A DNA stretch of 49,565 nt, filler included, from Jimgerdemannia flammicorona (lineage: Eukaryota): NCBI GenBank assembly GCA_003990765.1. It is 2 parts of 2 records of this genome, joined end to end, with 100 filler letters (N's around TTAATTAATTAA, not from the genome) between each part and the next. Parts side by side here need not be neighbours in the genome. Positions count along the whole stretch, not along the records: positions 24,836 to 49,565 come from RBNJ01000935.1; 1 more part is not named here. One strand, 5' to 3'. The notes beneath the pieces are model-generated. The model searched no databases and had not been told where the DNA came from. It saw nothing but the letters and a program-made list of their open reading frames with translations. Positions within the stretch are counted from its first letter, which is position 1; every line of letters starts with the position of its first letter. Positions 25,191 to 36,400 of the stretch are shown here, piece after piece. A program made the position numbers and the translations under genes.

Positions 25191-28100
25191 CTAGTTGTTC
25201 AAGAAATCATATTCCTGAACTAGGTCGGTAGCATTCTGGAGATTGGTCTTAGGTTCTCAGGTTGCATCATGGATCAGATAACCTTTCCATTTGACAAGGT
25301 ACTCAGGGTGGTTCTTGTTGCCACATTTGTTGATGATCTGCTCAACTTCATACTCTTCTTAGTTATTAATAATAACAGGTGTAGGTGATTCAGTGGTCCA
25401 GTTGGGGAATAGCTCATCATTATTCTCATTGTATCACTTGAGATGTTGAACGTTAAAGACTGGGTGAATCTTAATGGTGTCTGGTAGTGCCAATTTGTAG
25501 GAGGTTGGAGAGACTTGTATAATGACTTCAAATGGTCCAATGAACTTGCTGTTCAGCTTTGTAGATGGTCTGTACTTGAGGTTGTCAACTCGGTATCCTC
25601 TGATGTCCAGTAGAACTTTTTCTCCAATATCAAAGGTTTCTTCTTGGTGGTATTGGTTAATATACTGTGACTGTTGTTCTTGAGCTCATGATAAATTCTC
25701 AATTGCAATCTGGCTTAGATTATACATTCGGAGTAGGAATTCTTCAATAGCTTTGACTGTGGAGGGTTCTTCAGTGGTACAGATAAGTGTTAAAGGGGTG
25801 TTTGGGTTTTGTCCAGTGTTGGCGAAGAATGGGGTCATTCCAAGAGAGGCTTGCTTGCTATTGTTATAGGCAAACTCAACTGCAGTAAGGTGTTCATGCC
25901 AGTCATCTTGTTTGTAGGAAACATAGTTCCTTAGTATTTGTTCCAGAGTTCAGTTCATTCTTTCAGTTTAGCCATTAGTTTCTAGGTGAAAGGCTGTGGA
26001 TAGTGCAAGTTTTGTTCCAAGGTGTGCATGGAGGGCTTTCCAAAAATGGCTGGTGAATTTTGGATCTCGGTCACTAACAATGATCTTAGGAAGACCATGA
26101 TAGTGGAAGATGTTGTCAAACAAGAGTGTGGCTATGTCTGGTGCTGTTGCAGTAGTGGTAGTTAGTACAAAGTGGGCTTGTTTGCTGAAATAATCCACAA
26201 AGACAACAATTGCATCTTTCCCATTCTTGATTTGGGGTAGTTGTACAATGAAGTCCATAGAGATTTGTTCCCAATTAGCAGATGGTACTGAGATAGGGTG
26301 AAGTAAGCTAGGTTTTGCTAGTGTTGAGAACTTATTTTGTTGGCAGGCATTACAGGAAGTGATGTAGGTCTTGAGCTAATCTGCCATGCGGGGCCAATAG
26401 AAGTTTCGGGAGATAACTTTGTAAAATTTATCAAATCCTAAATGTCCAGCTGTAGGGGCATCATGACATTCGAATAGGATAGTCCTTCAGAGGTCTCAGT
26501 TGTTTGGGACATACAGTCTATCTTTGTAGTAGATAGAGTTGTCCTTGAGTTGGTATTGATTGTACTGGGTATACTTGTCAGCATCATCACTGTTCAGGAT
26601 TTCTCAGAGTGCTTGAGCTTCCTTATCATCAACACATACTGCAATGACTTGTTCCATGATGGAGTTTGTAACCAAGGTGAGAGTTTGGATAACCTCTTCG
26701 ATTGGTGGTCTGGAGATTGCATTGGCAACAATATTTTCCTTGCCAGGGTGGTACTGGATTTTGTAATCAAAGTTGGTAAGGACTTTCATCCATCTGGCTT
26801 GCTTTCGAGAAAGGGTAGCCTGTGTCTTAATATTGACTAATGATTTGTAGTCAGTCAATATGGTGAAGTGTACTCCTTCTAGGTAGGGTCACCATTTGAT
26901 CAGAGTATCTACAATAGCTAGTATTTCCTTCTTATGAGTTGCATAGTTAATTTCGGCATCATTGAACTTGTGGGAGTGATAGGCAACAGAGTGTCCTTCT
27001 TGCATGAGCACTGCTCCAAGGGCTAGGTCAGAGGCATCAGTAGTGACTTTATAGGGTAGTGCTGGGTTTGCTGCTTGAAGTACTGGAGTGGTTATCAGGG
27101 TATCCTTTAGTGCTTGAAAGGCAGTATCTTGCTCAGGTCCCCAAGTTACAAGATTATTGAAGTCTTTCTCTTGTTTTATGGTCCAGGGTTGTTCTTGTTT
27201 CTTGCTGTACTTGGTTATTTGGGTGAGGGCAGTAGCAATTTTAGCAAAGTTGGCAACAAATTGCCTGTAATAGTTTGCTAATCCCAGGAATGACTAGAGG
27301 TCTTTTAGCTTCTTGGGTCTGGGCCAATCCTTGATTGCAGAGATTTTGCTGGGGTCTACTTTGATTCTATTTGGAGTGACAATGTATTCAAGAAATTGAA
27401 TTTCTTTCAGGAGAAATTTTCACTTGCTGAGTTTTGCAAAGAGTCAGTTTTCTCGGAGTTTCAATAGTACTAGTTCAAGGTATTCAAGATATTCCTCCAG
27501 GGTTTTGCTGAAGACTAGGATGTCATCAATGTAGACAACAACAAATTTGTCCAGGTATGGATGCAGAATGGTATTCATCAGTGTCTGGAAGGTTGCTGGA
27601 GCATTAGTTAAGCCAAAGGGCATAACCAGGAACTCGAAGTATCCATAGCGAGTTCGGAAAGCTGTCTTGTAGATGTCTTCTTCTTTTATAGCAATTTGCC
27701 AATAGCCATTTCGTAGGTCAAAAGAGCTCATGAATTGTGAGTTGGTAAACCTATCGAATATTTCATCGATCCTTGGTAGTGAGCAACAGTTCTTGATGGT
27801 CTGTTCATTGAGATTATAGTAGTCAATACACATTCACAGGTCTCCTCCTTTCTTGACAACAAAGAGGACTGGTGCACCATAGGGTGATACACTGGGTCTG
27901 ATGAATCCTTATTCTAGGAGTTCGTCGATTTCCTTCTTGAGTGCATCAATTTCTCTTGGAGACATGTGGTAGATTGACTTGAAGGCTGGTTTGGCATCTG
28001 GGATAGTCTTGATAGTATGGTTTACTGCTTATTTGAGAGGTAGGCCTTTCGAGAGCTTCTTTGGAAATATGTCCCGGAATTTCTGGAGTAGTGGTCTGAC

Positions 28101-31100
28101 ATGACTGTTAACTTTGGAGAAATCTTCTTCAGAGTTCTTGGGTTCTCCTTTGGATGGATGGATGGAGATGGCGAAGAGAGGGCATTTCTTGGCCAATTTC
28201 TTGAGTTGTAGTTTGTTGATGTGGGTGATCTTTGGTCCAGGTCACTAGAATTAAGTGGGTCCTTTTTGCCTTGCAGTTTGAAGTTGTGGCATCCTTTCTT
28301 GATGGTCAGAGAATGGTTTACCCAATCGATCATAGGGTTCTCTTGTTTTAACCACAGGGTTCCAAGAATGATTTCGTTGTCAGGGAGTGGTACAAATTGA
28401 AGAGTAACATATACTCAGTAGTCACTAATTCGGAAAGGTAGATTGTGGACTTCTTTGCTAATAACATGTGAGGTTCCATCAGCTAGAGCAACTACTTGAG
28501 TTTGCTATACTGGGGAGGTAAAGACCTTGAGTCTATTGGCTATCTCTTCATTGATGAAGTTGCCTGAGGCACTACTGTCTATTATAATCTTGACAGGTGC
28601 TCCATTGACAAAAGCCTTAAGGGTGAGCAGTTTGTCTGATCCAATGGTGGTGATTTCAGTTGTAGGAGCTTTCCTTCTGTTGGTTCTTCTTTGAGCCAGT
28701 TCATTGATACAAGAGAAGTAATCATCAATCATTCAGGAAGAGTACATTCCAATGCCATGAGGGCATCAGCCACTTGGTACATATCCATCTTCAATCTTCT
28801 TGTAGAATTGTTCTTCTTTGCTCATAGTATGTTGGGCTGGGGCCTTGTTCAATGAGCCAAATCCTTTGGATCCTCGGATGGTGGGCAGTAATTCAGGGAC
28901 TTCCTTAACTGTCAGGGTTGACTCAATTTTTTCGAATAGGATCTGGGCGATGCAGAAGCCAATAGGGATCTTGAAGGGTATCCAACTGTGGTTTCGAATG
29001 AGGATAATGATTTTGCCTATGTAATCTTCATCAATGACTCCTCCTTCTACTGAGAGTCCTTTCAGTGCCAGGCTGCTGCAACAGCATATTCTTCCAACAT
29101 GTCCTTTAGGGATTTGGATACTAATTCCTGTGTAGACTTGTTTGACTTCTCGGTTGGAAACTGTAGCTTCTTCAGCTGTATATAGATCATATCCAGCTGC
29201 TTTCTGACTTTCTTTGATTGGGGCCTTAGTAGTTTGTCTTAACTTGACAAAGTCTAGTATTCTGGTGGTCAGGTTGTTGAGGTGGTGTAGTGTGGTAACA
29301 GTTGCTCATATTGCTGTTCGGGGTTTTCAGTTAGGGCAGGCACTGGCCATGTGTCCTGTCTTTCGGCAATAGAAGCATGCTTTGCTTCTTCGAAGTTCAT
29401 TCCTTTTGACTTCAGTAAGTTTCTTAAAGGTACTTGGCTGGGTGGGTTCATGATTTCTGGGTGTCCAAGAGGTGGATGTGGAGAAAGCTCGAGATGCTTC
29501 ATGCTTGGGTTCTTCTTTCTTTGTCCAAGTCTTTTCCTTGTTGTTGAATTGCCTTCAGGGCAGAATTGGTCCAGCTGTTAGAATTCACTTAACCATAGTC
29601 TTGATTCTTGCCAGGCACCATTGTTGGTGATCACAACCAACTGGACAGCCTTGTTCTTGGATTTTTCTAGTAAGCCATTCAGGCAGGACATCGAATAAGT
29701 GGTCTGCTCTTGTACCATTTCATGCTTCATCATTGGCAATGTATCCTAGGCCAATAGTGTTCAGAAGTAACTCGAGTTTTGTACAGAAGGTTTCGAATTC
29801 TTCTTTGCTATATATATTGAATTTGAGGCTGTGGAGTTTTACTTGAGATTCAGCAATCATGGTTTTGCTGCAGTATTGAGCAATCATGAGTTGTTTGAGT
29901 CCAGGGGCTGCAGGGTGGACTCCATATCCTGGGGCATTGTTTGCTGCATTCTGAGCAACTACTGTAGGTCGGGTATCCCATGTGAGGGGTTTTTCAGGAA
30001 GGGTTCACCACCATTCTTCAGTAGGTCTTCGGAAGAATGTAACAACTTGGCGGACATAGGCTGTAGTGGTAGCAAAGAGTTGTTCTAGAGTGTGGTCTTG
30101 ATTGTTTGTCAGAATGTGGTCAGTAACTCGCTCATTAGTCTATTGATTGGCTTCGAAGTTGGTGTCAACTATACTAATGAAGCTTTGGACTTCTTGTATA
30201 GTACCATTAAAGGTAGGTAGACTCAGATTTTTGGTAGGTCAGGTCTGTTCAGCTAAGGCAGTAATGGTTGCTACCATTATGGCTACCTGGGCTGTGAGGT
30301 CAAGAATCTGTTAGTTCACCATATTGTTTACTGGAGGTGGTTGGACTGCTGGTAGTGGTGTTACTAGTACTACTTGAGGTACTGGTGTAGTGTATGATAG
30401 AGTTCTTTGGGTCTGTGTAAGTTGCTGGAGTAGTAGTTGTAGATCTGGAGTAAGGGCTTGATAGATAGCTGTTTGTTGTTATGTAGGTGTATTCTGTCCT
30501 GATGGGAGTGCATCTCTTTTGGTGGTGTATCTGGGATCAAATTCAGTGAGATACTCCTCCTCTTCTTCGGCTTGGTCCTTGTGTAATTGGGTTTGCTTGG
30601 CATCAAAGTAGATAGAATCAGTTGTATATCTTATTTCAGATGGACTTAATTCAAAGTCAAGTCCAGGTTTGGTATTGGTTTCAGATTCAGGTAGGGCTGT
30701 AGCAGGGTCTGCTTCAGGTTCAGGGTTAGGTAGTTGATGAAGGGTTTCTCTTGCTTCTTCTTTAAGAATATGGCAGGCCTTGCTGTTCTGGAACCAGTAG
30801 TATAATGCAGTCTTGGTCCTGGTATGGTGAAAATCAGTAGAGTTGAGCTACTTAGCTATAGAGGCTTGGGCTTTGTGAGGGACTAAGGCTAGAAAGACTG
30901 CTGCTGGTTGTCCTAGGTCACTCGGATTTGTGGAGCTGACAAAACTCTTATTGAGAAGAGTAAAGAAGGCTTCAATAAGACCTTCTTCGTCTTGACTTGC
31001 TGGGTATAGTGCAAGGAGTTCAGTGAATAGGGTTTCGCCTATTTGTTGGTTTAATTGGAGTACTTCTTTCTTTGAATGAAGTTTGTCCCACTTGTTGCAG

Positions 31101-31244
31101 ATGTGGAGGTCAAATTGTCCTTGTACATCAGGTTCAATTCTCTCTAGATTGTCAGATGGTTCGGATAAATTCCAGTTCAGAGGTTGGGCTTTATACCAAC
31201 TTGTAGGAATTCACAGAGCGGTTTGTAGTAGGGTGAGGAAGCAT
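25191..31244 (-). pseudogene. Inactivated gag-pol polyprotein, ~2000 codons
   Basis: ATG 31244; CCHC CFYCRKTGHMASAC (~29336-29380); protease IIDSSASGNFI (~28550-28590); [28 protein letters not shown] (~27430-27960); RNase H TDAS; integrase SMDFI, IVSDRDPKFTS (~25800-26480); chromodomain EYEVEQI..YLVKWKGY (~25191-25365). Stops mostly CGA>TGA, CAA>TAA, TGG>TAG/TGA. Confidence 0.93.
28850..29260 (-). pseudogene. dut: dUTPase domain within the polyprotein (copy 1)
   Basis: All five trimeric dUTPase motifs: AAGYDL, GRICCCSS (GxIxxRSS), GGVIDEDYIG, IAQI, RGSKGFGS; same frame as the zinc knuckle and the protease. Confidence 0.92.
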
Positions 31245-31268
31245 CTTGAAGCAGAATTGGATTATAAA

Positions 31269-31280
31269 CCACTGCTACCA
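31269..31280 (-). promoter_or_regulatory. Primer-binding site, probably initiator tRNA-Met
   Basis: TGGTAGCAGTGG 3 nt inside the LTR end; TGGTAGC is complementary to the GCUACCA 3' end of fungal/animal tRNA-iMet; decayed copy at 38329-38340. Confidence 0.75.
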
Positions 31281-31283
31281 AGT

Positions 31284-33303
31284 TGTAAGAGGGTTGCTTT
31301 TTAGAGTAACTATTATGTAGTTCTGGAAAGGTTTTCTGGATATTCTGGATGTTCTGGAAGACTGTTTTCTTATGGTCAAGATCAATTTTATATAGAGTAC
31401 ATCCTCTACGCTTATTGATTTCAAGATTGGTTTGATGTCTCAACTAAAGTTCTTTTTTCAGACTAGTTCTGGATGTTCAGGATTTTCTGTATTTCAGGAA
31501 GTTCAAGAAACTAAGACCAGCTTAGTTGAATTGACATATTGCTGCAGACAATACCCAATTAAGAAATTTCATAATGGGGTTAGGAGTGGGACCTAACAGG
31601 GAGCAGATTTACTTAAGAGTGGTTTGTAGATTATTGAATAGGTTTATTTACTATTCATGATATTGCTATACTAGGAGTAGTTGTGTAAAGGAATATTGTG
31701 GGGAAGTGTTCAGGAATGTTCTTGTGTGTTTGAGTCTGAGATTCTGAGGTCTGGGGGAGGGGGTATTTATACTAGTGAGGGGCTATCTGGACTATGCTGA
31801 GTATGGATGTAGCACTAAGTGCCTTGCTGAGTCAGAATGCAGTCATATAGTACAAGTGTGATCTGATATATCAAGAGATTGTCTGACTGCTGAGTCAGTT
31901 CACAGTCACGTTGTACAATACTAATCTAACTATACTATGACTGCTAGGCTATTTATGGGTTTAGGTGCTGTCTGGATAGTCCTCAATGACATCACCATCG
32001 ATGACATCATCTCTGATGAAGTAGTCATCTAGGAAGAGTGGTTCACAGATTACTTCTCCTTGTTCACTGAGGTAGTAATACATTGGGACTTCATCTCCGT
32101 CCCACAGGATAGCATCGTCTGTCTCATAGGCTGGATAAGGTATTGGTGGATGAAGGATGGATATATTGTCTTTGCTTTCATTGGATTCACTGTCTGCATA
32201 CCTTCTGTAGGTTACAGCACTATGAGTCACGGGGTTGTAGTAAGCTGGTGGCTGTGGTTCATATTGCTCATACTCAGGTTGGTTCAATCTTGAGGGTTGT
32301 CTGGAGGTACAGGTTGTGTTCTCTGGTCTCTTCATTGTAGTTGAAGTAATCAGGGGTGAATGCGGGTTGGTATTCGTGCCAGTGGTCATTGTCCCAATAA
32401 GTCTCATATGTAGTTATGAACTGTTGTAAGTTCATCGGCAAGGTTGGCAGAGTGATCAGAGTTGGTAGAGATCCTTGGCTAGAGGTCATGTCAGTATCAG
32501 AGGGATCATTATCTTCTGCTTCATCTTCATTGAAGTGGATTATATCGTAGATGTCCTTTATGGTGTATCCAACTTGGGGCATTTGCAGGATGTGATCATT
32601 GGGGTGTGGAAAGGTTCTGTCTGTGGTTTCAATGTACTCGAGGTACTTGTGGTTGAGTTCTTGTATCATATCATCAATTTGCTCATAGGACAGAGTAGCA
32701 ACTATTTCAGCTGTGGTAACTCAGAGGCAGAGAATAATGGTGCTATACTCATAGAAGAGTTCTCGATATTTGTGGGTAATGAGCTTCTGGTGTTGAGACA
32801 TCTCAATAATGTCTATATCATAGTGGTGTTCGATTATGTCTTCCAGGAGGCGGCCGATCTGGTAGTAGCTTGAGATTTGTCCGATTCGGTGGACCTTACT
32901 AAGCATGTTCAGAGTATTTCATTAGGCTTCTATAAAGTAGAGGAGTGCTAAACTATGGATATTCATAAGGGGCAGAGGGGGTATGGCTCCATTGACAATG
33001 GCATTCCAAATGTCAGCACAGATACAGGTATAGATCTCGGTAGTCATGTTTGTGTGTTTGGAAGTTATGGTTGTTGTTTGTTTTGGTTCTCTGATTTGGT
33101 ATGTCTCAGTGCTCGGTATATATGCATTTGATCCTGATTGGTAAGATTCTGTTTGTATAAATCTTGTGTTCTGTGACTTTGTATTGACTCAGCTTTGTGT
33201 GCTGTGACTTCAGTTTGACTCAGCTTCGTGATCAAGCAGGTGATTTCCAGATTTGTTCAGAGATCACATGTAATTTCAGTGGCTTGGAAATTGTGCACTT
33301 ACA
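31284..33303 (-). mobile_element. 5' LTR (family A), 2020 bp
   Basis: Termini TGTAAG..CTTACA; TATAAATA 31764-31771; AATAAA 31643-31648; colinear with the solo LTR at 47282-49279. Confidence 0.9.
31961..33047 (-). pseudogene. LTR-A U3-encoded ORF, ancestral ~365 aa, acidic and Tyr-rich, unknown function
   Basis: MTTEIY..ADIWNAIVNGAIPPLPLMNIHSL..DDVIDGDVIEDYPDST*; joins ORF-track pieces 32721-32906, 32274-32669 and 31961-32407; one 11-bp deletion near 32280 relative to the solo LTR. Confidence 0.75.
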
Positions 33304-33454
33304 ATATAGCTAGTAAATTTATATAAATAATTTAGTATTTAGAGTTAGATCAAAATAGTTTAAAATAAAAAGATAAAGAAACTGGTAAGATATAAATAGT
33401 AAATAAATATCTTATAAGAATAAATAAATAATACTAAATAAATAATAGCTGAAG

Positions 33455-36400
33455 TGTAAGAGGATTGCTTTTTAGGGTAACTATTATATAGTTCTGAAAG
33501 GGTTTTCTGGAAGTTCTAGATATTCTGGAAGACTGTTTTCTTAAGGTTAAGATCAATTTCATATGGAGTACATCCTCTATGCTTATTGATTTCAAGATCA
33601 GGTTAACATCTCAACCAAAGTCCTTTTTCAGACTAGTTCTGGATATTTAGGATTTTCCATATTTCAGAAAGTTTAAGAAACTAAGACCAGCTTAGTTGAA
33701 TTAGCATATCGCTACAGACAATATCCAATTAGGAAATTTTGTAATAGGGTTAGAAGTGGGACCTAATGGGAAGTAGATTTACTTAAGAGTGGTTTGTGGA
33801 TTATTAAATAAGTTTATTTGCTATTCATGATATTACTATACTAGGAGTAGTTGTATAAAGAGATATTGTGGGAAAGTATTCAGAAGTGTTCTTGTATATT
33901 CAAGTCTAAGATTTTGAGATCTGAGAGAGGGGGTATTTATACTAGTGAGGGGCTATCTGGACTATGCTAAATATGGATATAGCACTTAGTGCCTTGCTGA
34001 GTTGAAATGCAGTCACATAGTACAAGAGTGATCTGACATATCAAGAGATCATCTGACTGCTGAGTCAGTTCACAGTCACATCATACAAGGCTAATCTAAC
34101 TATACTATGACTGCTAAGCTATTTATAGGTTTTAGACACTATCTGGTTAGTCTTTGATGATATCACTATTGATGACATTATTGCTGACAAAGTCTGAGCA
34201 GTTTTCTGACTTCTGACATCATCAGTTTTAAGGTGTCATCACTTCTATCTCTTACAAGATTAAGGCTATCCTTGGTGGCAGTGGTTGTATAAGGATAATA
34301 GGTCTTGATTCTCTTTTTTTTTGGTCTGCTGGTACATTTGCAAGGACTGGCCATTCTCATCTAGGGTGAGGGCTCCCAATGTCACAGCTAGGAGTTTGAA
34401 CCTCTTGGAAATGATATTTTCTGTAATCTGAGGCAATTTCTAGTAGTAATATCTGTCATATGGATGACTTGAGATTGGTTTTGATGATGTCAGCTTTCTT
34501 AAGTTCAGATGAAGTGTCCGTCACTCTCTAATGGAGGTGATATAGATAGAGCAAATGGAGTTATTTAAATATGTTTTGCTTCTGCTAAGTAATGAGGTCT
34601 TATATACATAGTTGCAGTATATCTTGGTCTTGAGTTGATAAGTGCAGTTCGTGAACCTTTTGGTAGATGAGATAGGGTTCTTCTTATCTTGATTTGAGTT
34701 TGATACTTTTGGTTTCCTTTTGTAATAGTACAGTATACCAAACTAGTTATAGTGGTTCAGAGTTAGTCTTATGATTATAGTACTTCTTCTAGTATTCTTA
34801 TATCTTGGCAGTAGATTCTCATACTTGCTGGCATATTTTGTGTAACCAGATAATCTCTTCAGTAACTTGTTTTGTAGTCTTACATGTGGTTTCCAAATTA
34901 GTTCTGAGGATGCTATGTGATTTTAGTGGCTTGGAGGTTATACACTTATAACTCTCCCCTTCTTAGCTTTTGATGTCCTCGTTGGGGCCTTCTAATTTGT
35001 TCTGGTGTTGTTATACCATTTGGATGGTTCTTGTGGCTGTATTTGTTAAGGATTTGTTCAACTTTGTATTCTTCTTGGTCATTAATAATGACAGATATAG
35101 GTAGTTCTGTGGTTTGGTTCAGAAATGTGTCTTGGATCTTCTGGAGTAGTGGTCTGATACAGCTGTTAACTTTGGAAAAGTCTTCTTCAGAGTTCTCAAG
35201 TTCTCCTTTGGATGGACAGATGGAGATAGCAAAGAGAGGGTATTTCTTGGCTAATTTCTTGAGTTGTAGCTTGTTGATGTGGGTGATCTTTGATCTAGGG
35301 TCACTAGAGCTGAGTGTATTCTTTTCATCTTGTAGCTTGAAGTTATGGCATCCTTTCTTAATGGTCAGAGAATGGTTTACCCAATCGATCATAGAGTTCT
35401 CTTGTTTCAACCATAGAGTTCTAAGAATGATCTCATTGTCAGGAAGTAGTACAATTTGGAGAATAACATGTACTTGATAGTCACCAATTTGGAAGGGTAG
35501 ATTGCAGACTTCTTTGCTAATAATATGTAAGATTCCGTCAGCTGTGGTGACTGCTTGAGTTTGTTATACTGGAGAGGTGAAGACCTTGAGTCTGTTGACT
35601 GTTTCTTTATTGATGAAGTTGCCTGAGGCACCACTGTCTATCATAATCTTGACAGATGCTCAGTTGACAAAAGCCTTAAGTATAAGCAGTTTGTCTGATC
35701 CAATGGTGGTGATTTCAGTTGTAAGAGCTTTCCTTCTGTTGGTTCTTCTTTGAGTCAGTTCATTGATATAAGAGAAGCAATCATCAATTATTCAGGAAGA
35801 GTATATTCCAATACCATAGAGACATCAGTCACTAGGTACATATCCATCTTTGATTTTCTTGTAGAATTGTTCTTCTTTGCTTATGGTAGGTTGGGCTGGG
35901 GCCTTGTTTGATGAGCCAAATCCTTTAGATCCTCAGATGGTAGGCAGTAGTTCAGGGACTTTCTTGACTGTCAGGATTGACTTGATTTTCTCAAATAGGA
36001 TCTGGGCAATACAGAAACCAATAGGGATCTTGAAGGATATCCAACTATGGTTCTGGATGAGGACAATAATTTTGTCTGTATAATCTTTGTCAATGACTCC
36101 TCCTTCTACTGAGAGTTCTTTCAATGCTAGACTACTGCAACAGCATATTCTTCCAACATGTCCTTTAGGAATTTGGATGCTGATTCCTATATAGACTTGC
36201 TTGACTTCTCAGTTGGAAACTGTAGCTTCTTTGGCTGCATACAGGTCATATCTAGCTGCTTTTTGACTTCATTTAGTTGGGGTCTTGGCAGTTTGTCTTA
36301 ACTTGACAAAGTCTAGTGTTCTGGTGGTCAGGTTGTTGAGGTGGTGCAGAGTGGTAACAGTTGCTCATATTGCTGTTTGGGGTTTTCAGTTAGGGCAGGC

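Larger units (their letters stand above)
25166..33303 (-). mobile_element. Ty3/gypsy chromovirus copy 1: 5' LTR, PBS, gag-dUTPase-PR-RT-RH-IN-chromodomain; 3' LTR not in this contig
   Basis: Domain order and motifs as listed in the sub-features. Confidence 0.95.

Noticed and set aside
31961..33047. U3 ORF as an envelope gene
   Set aside because: No signal peptide, furin site or clear TM anchor visible.
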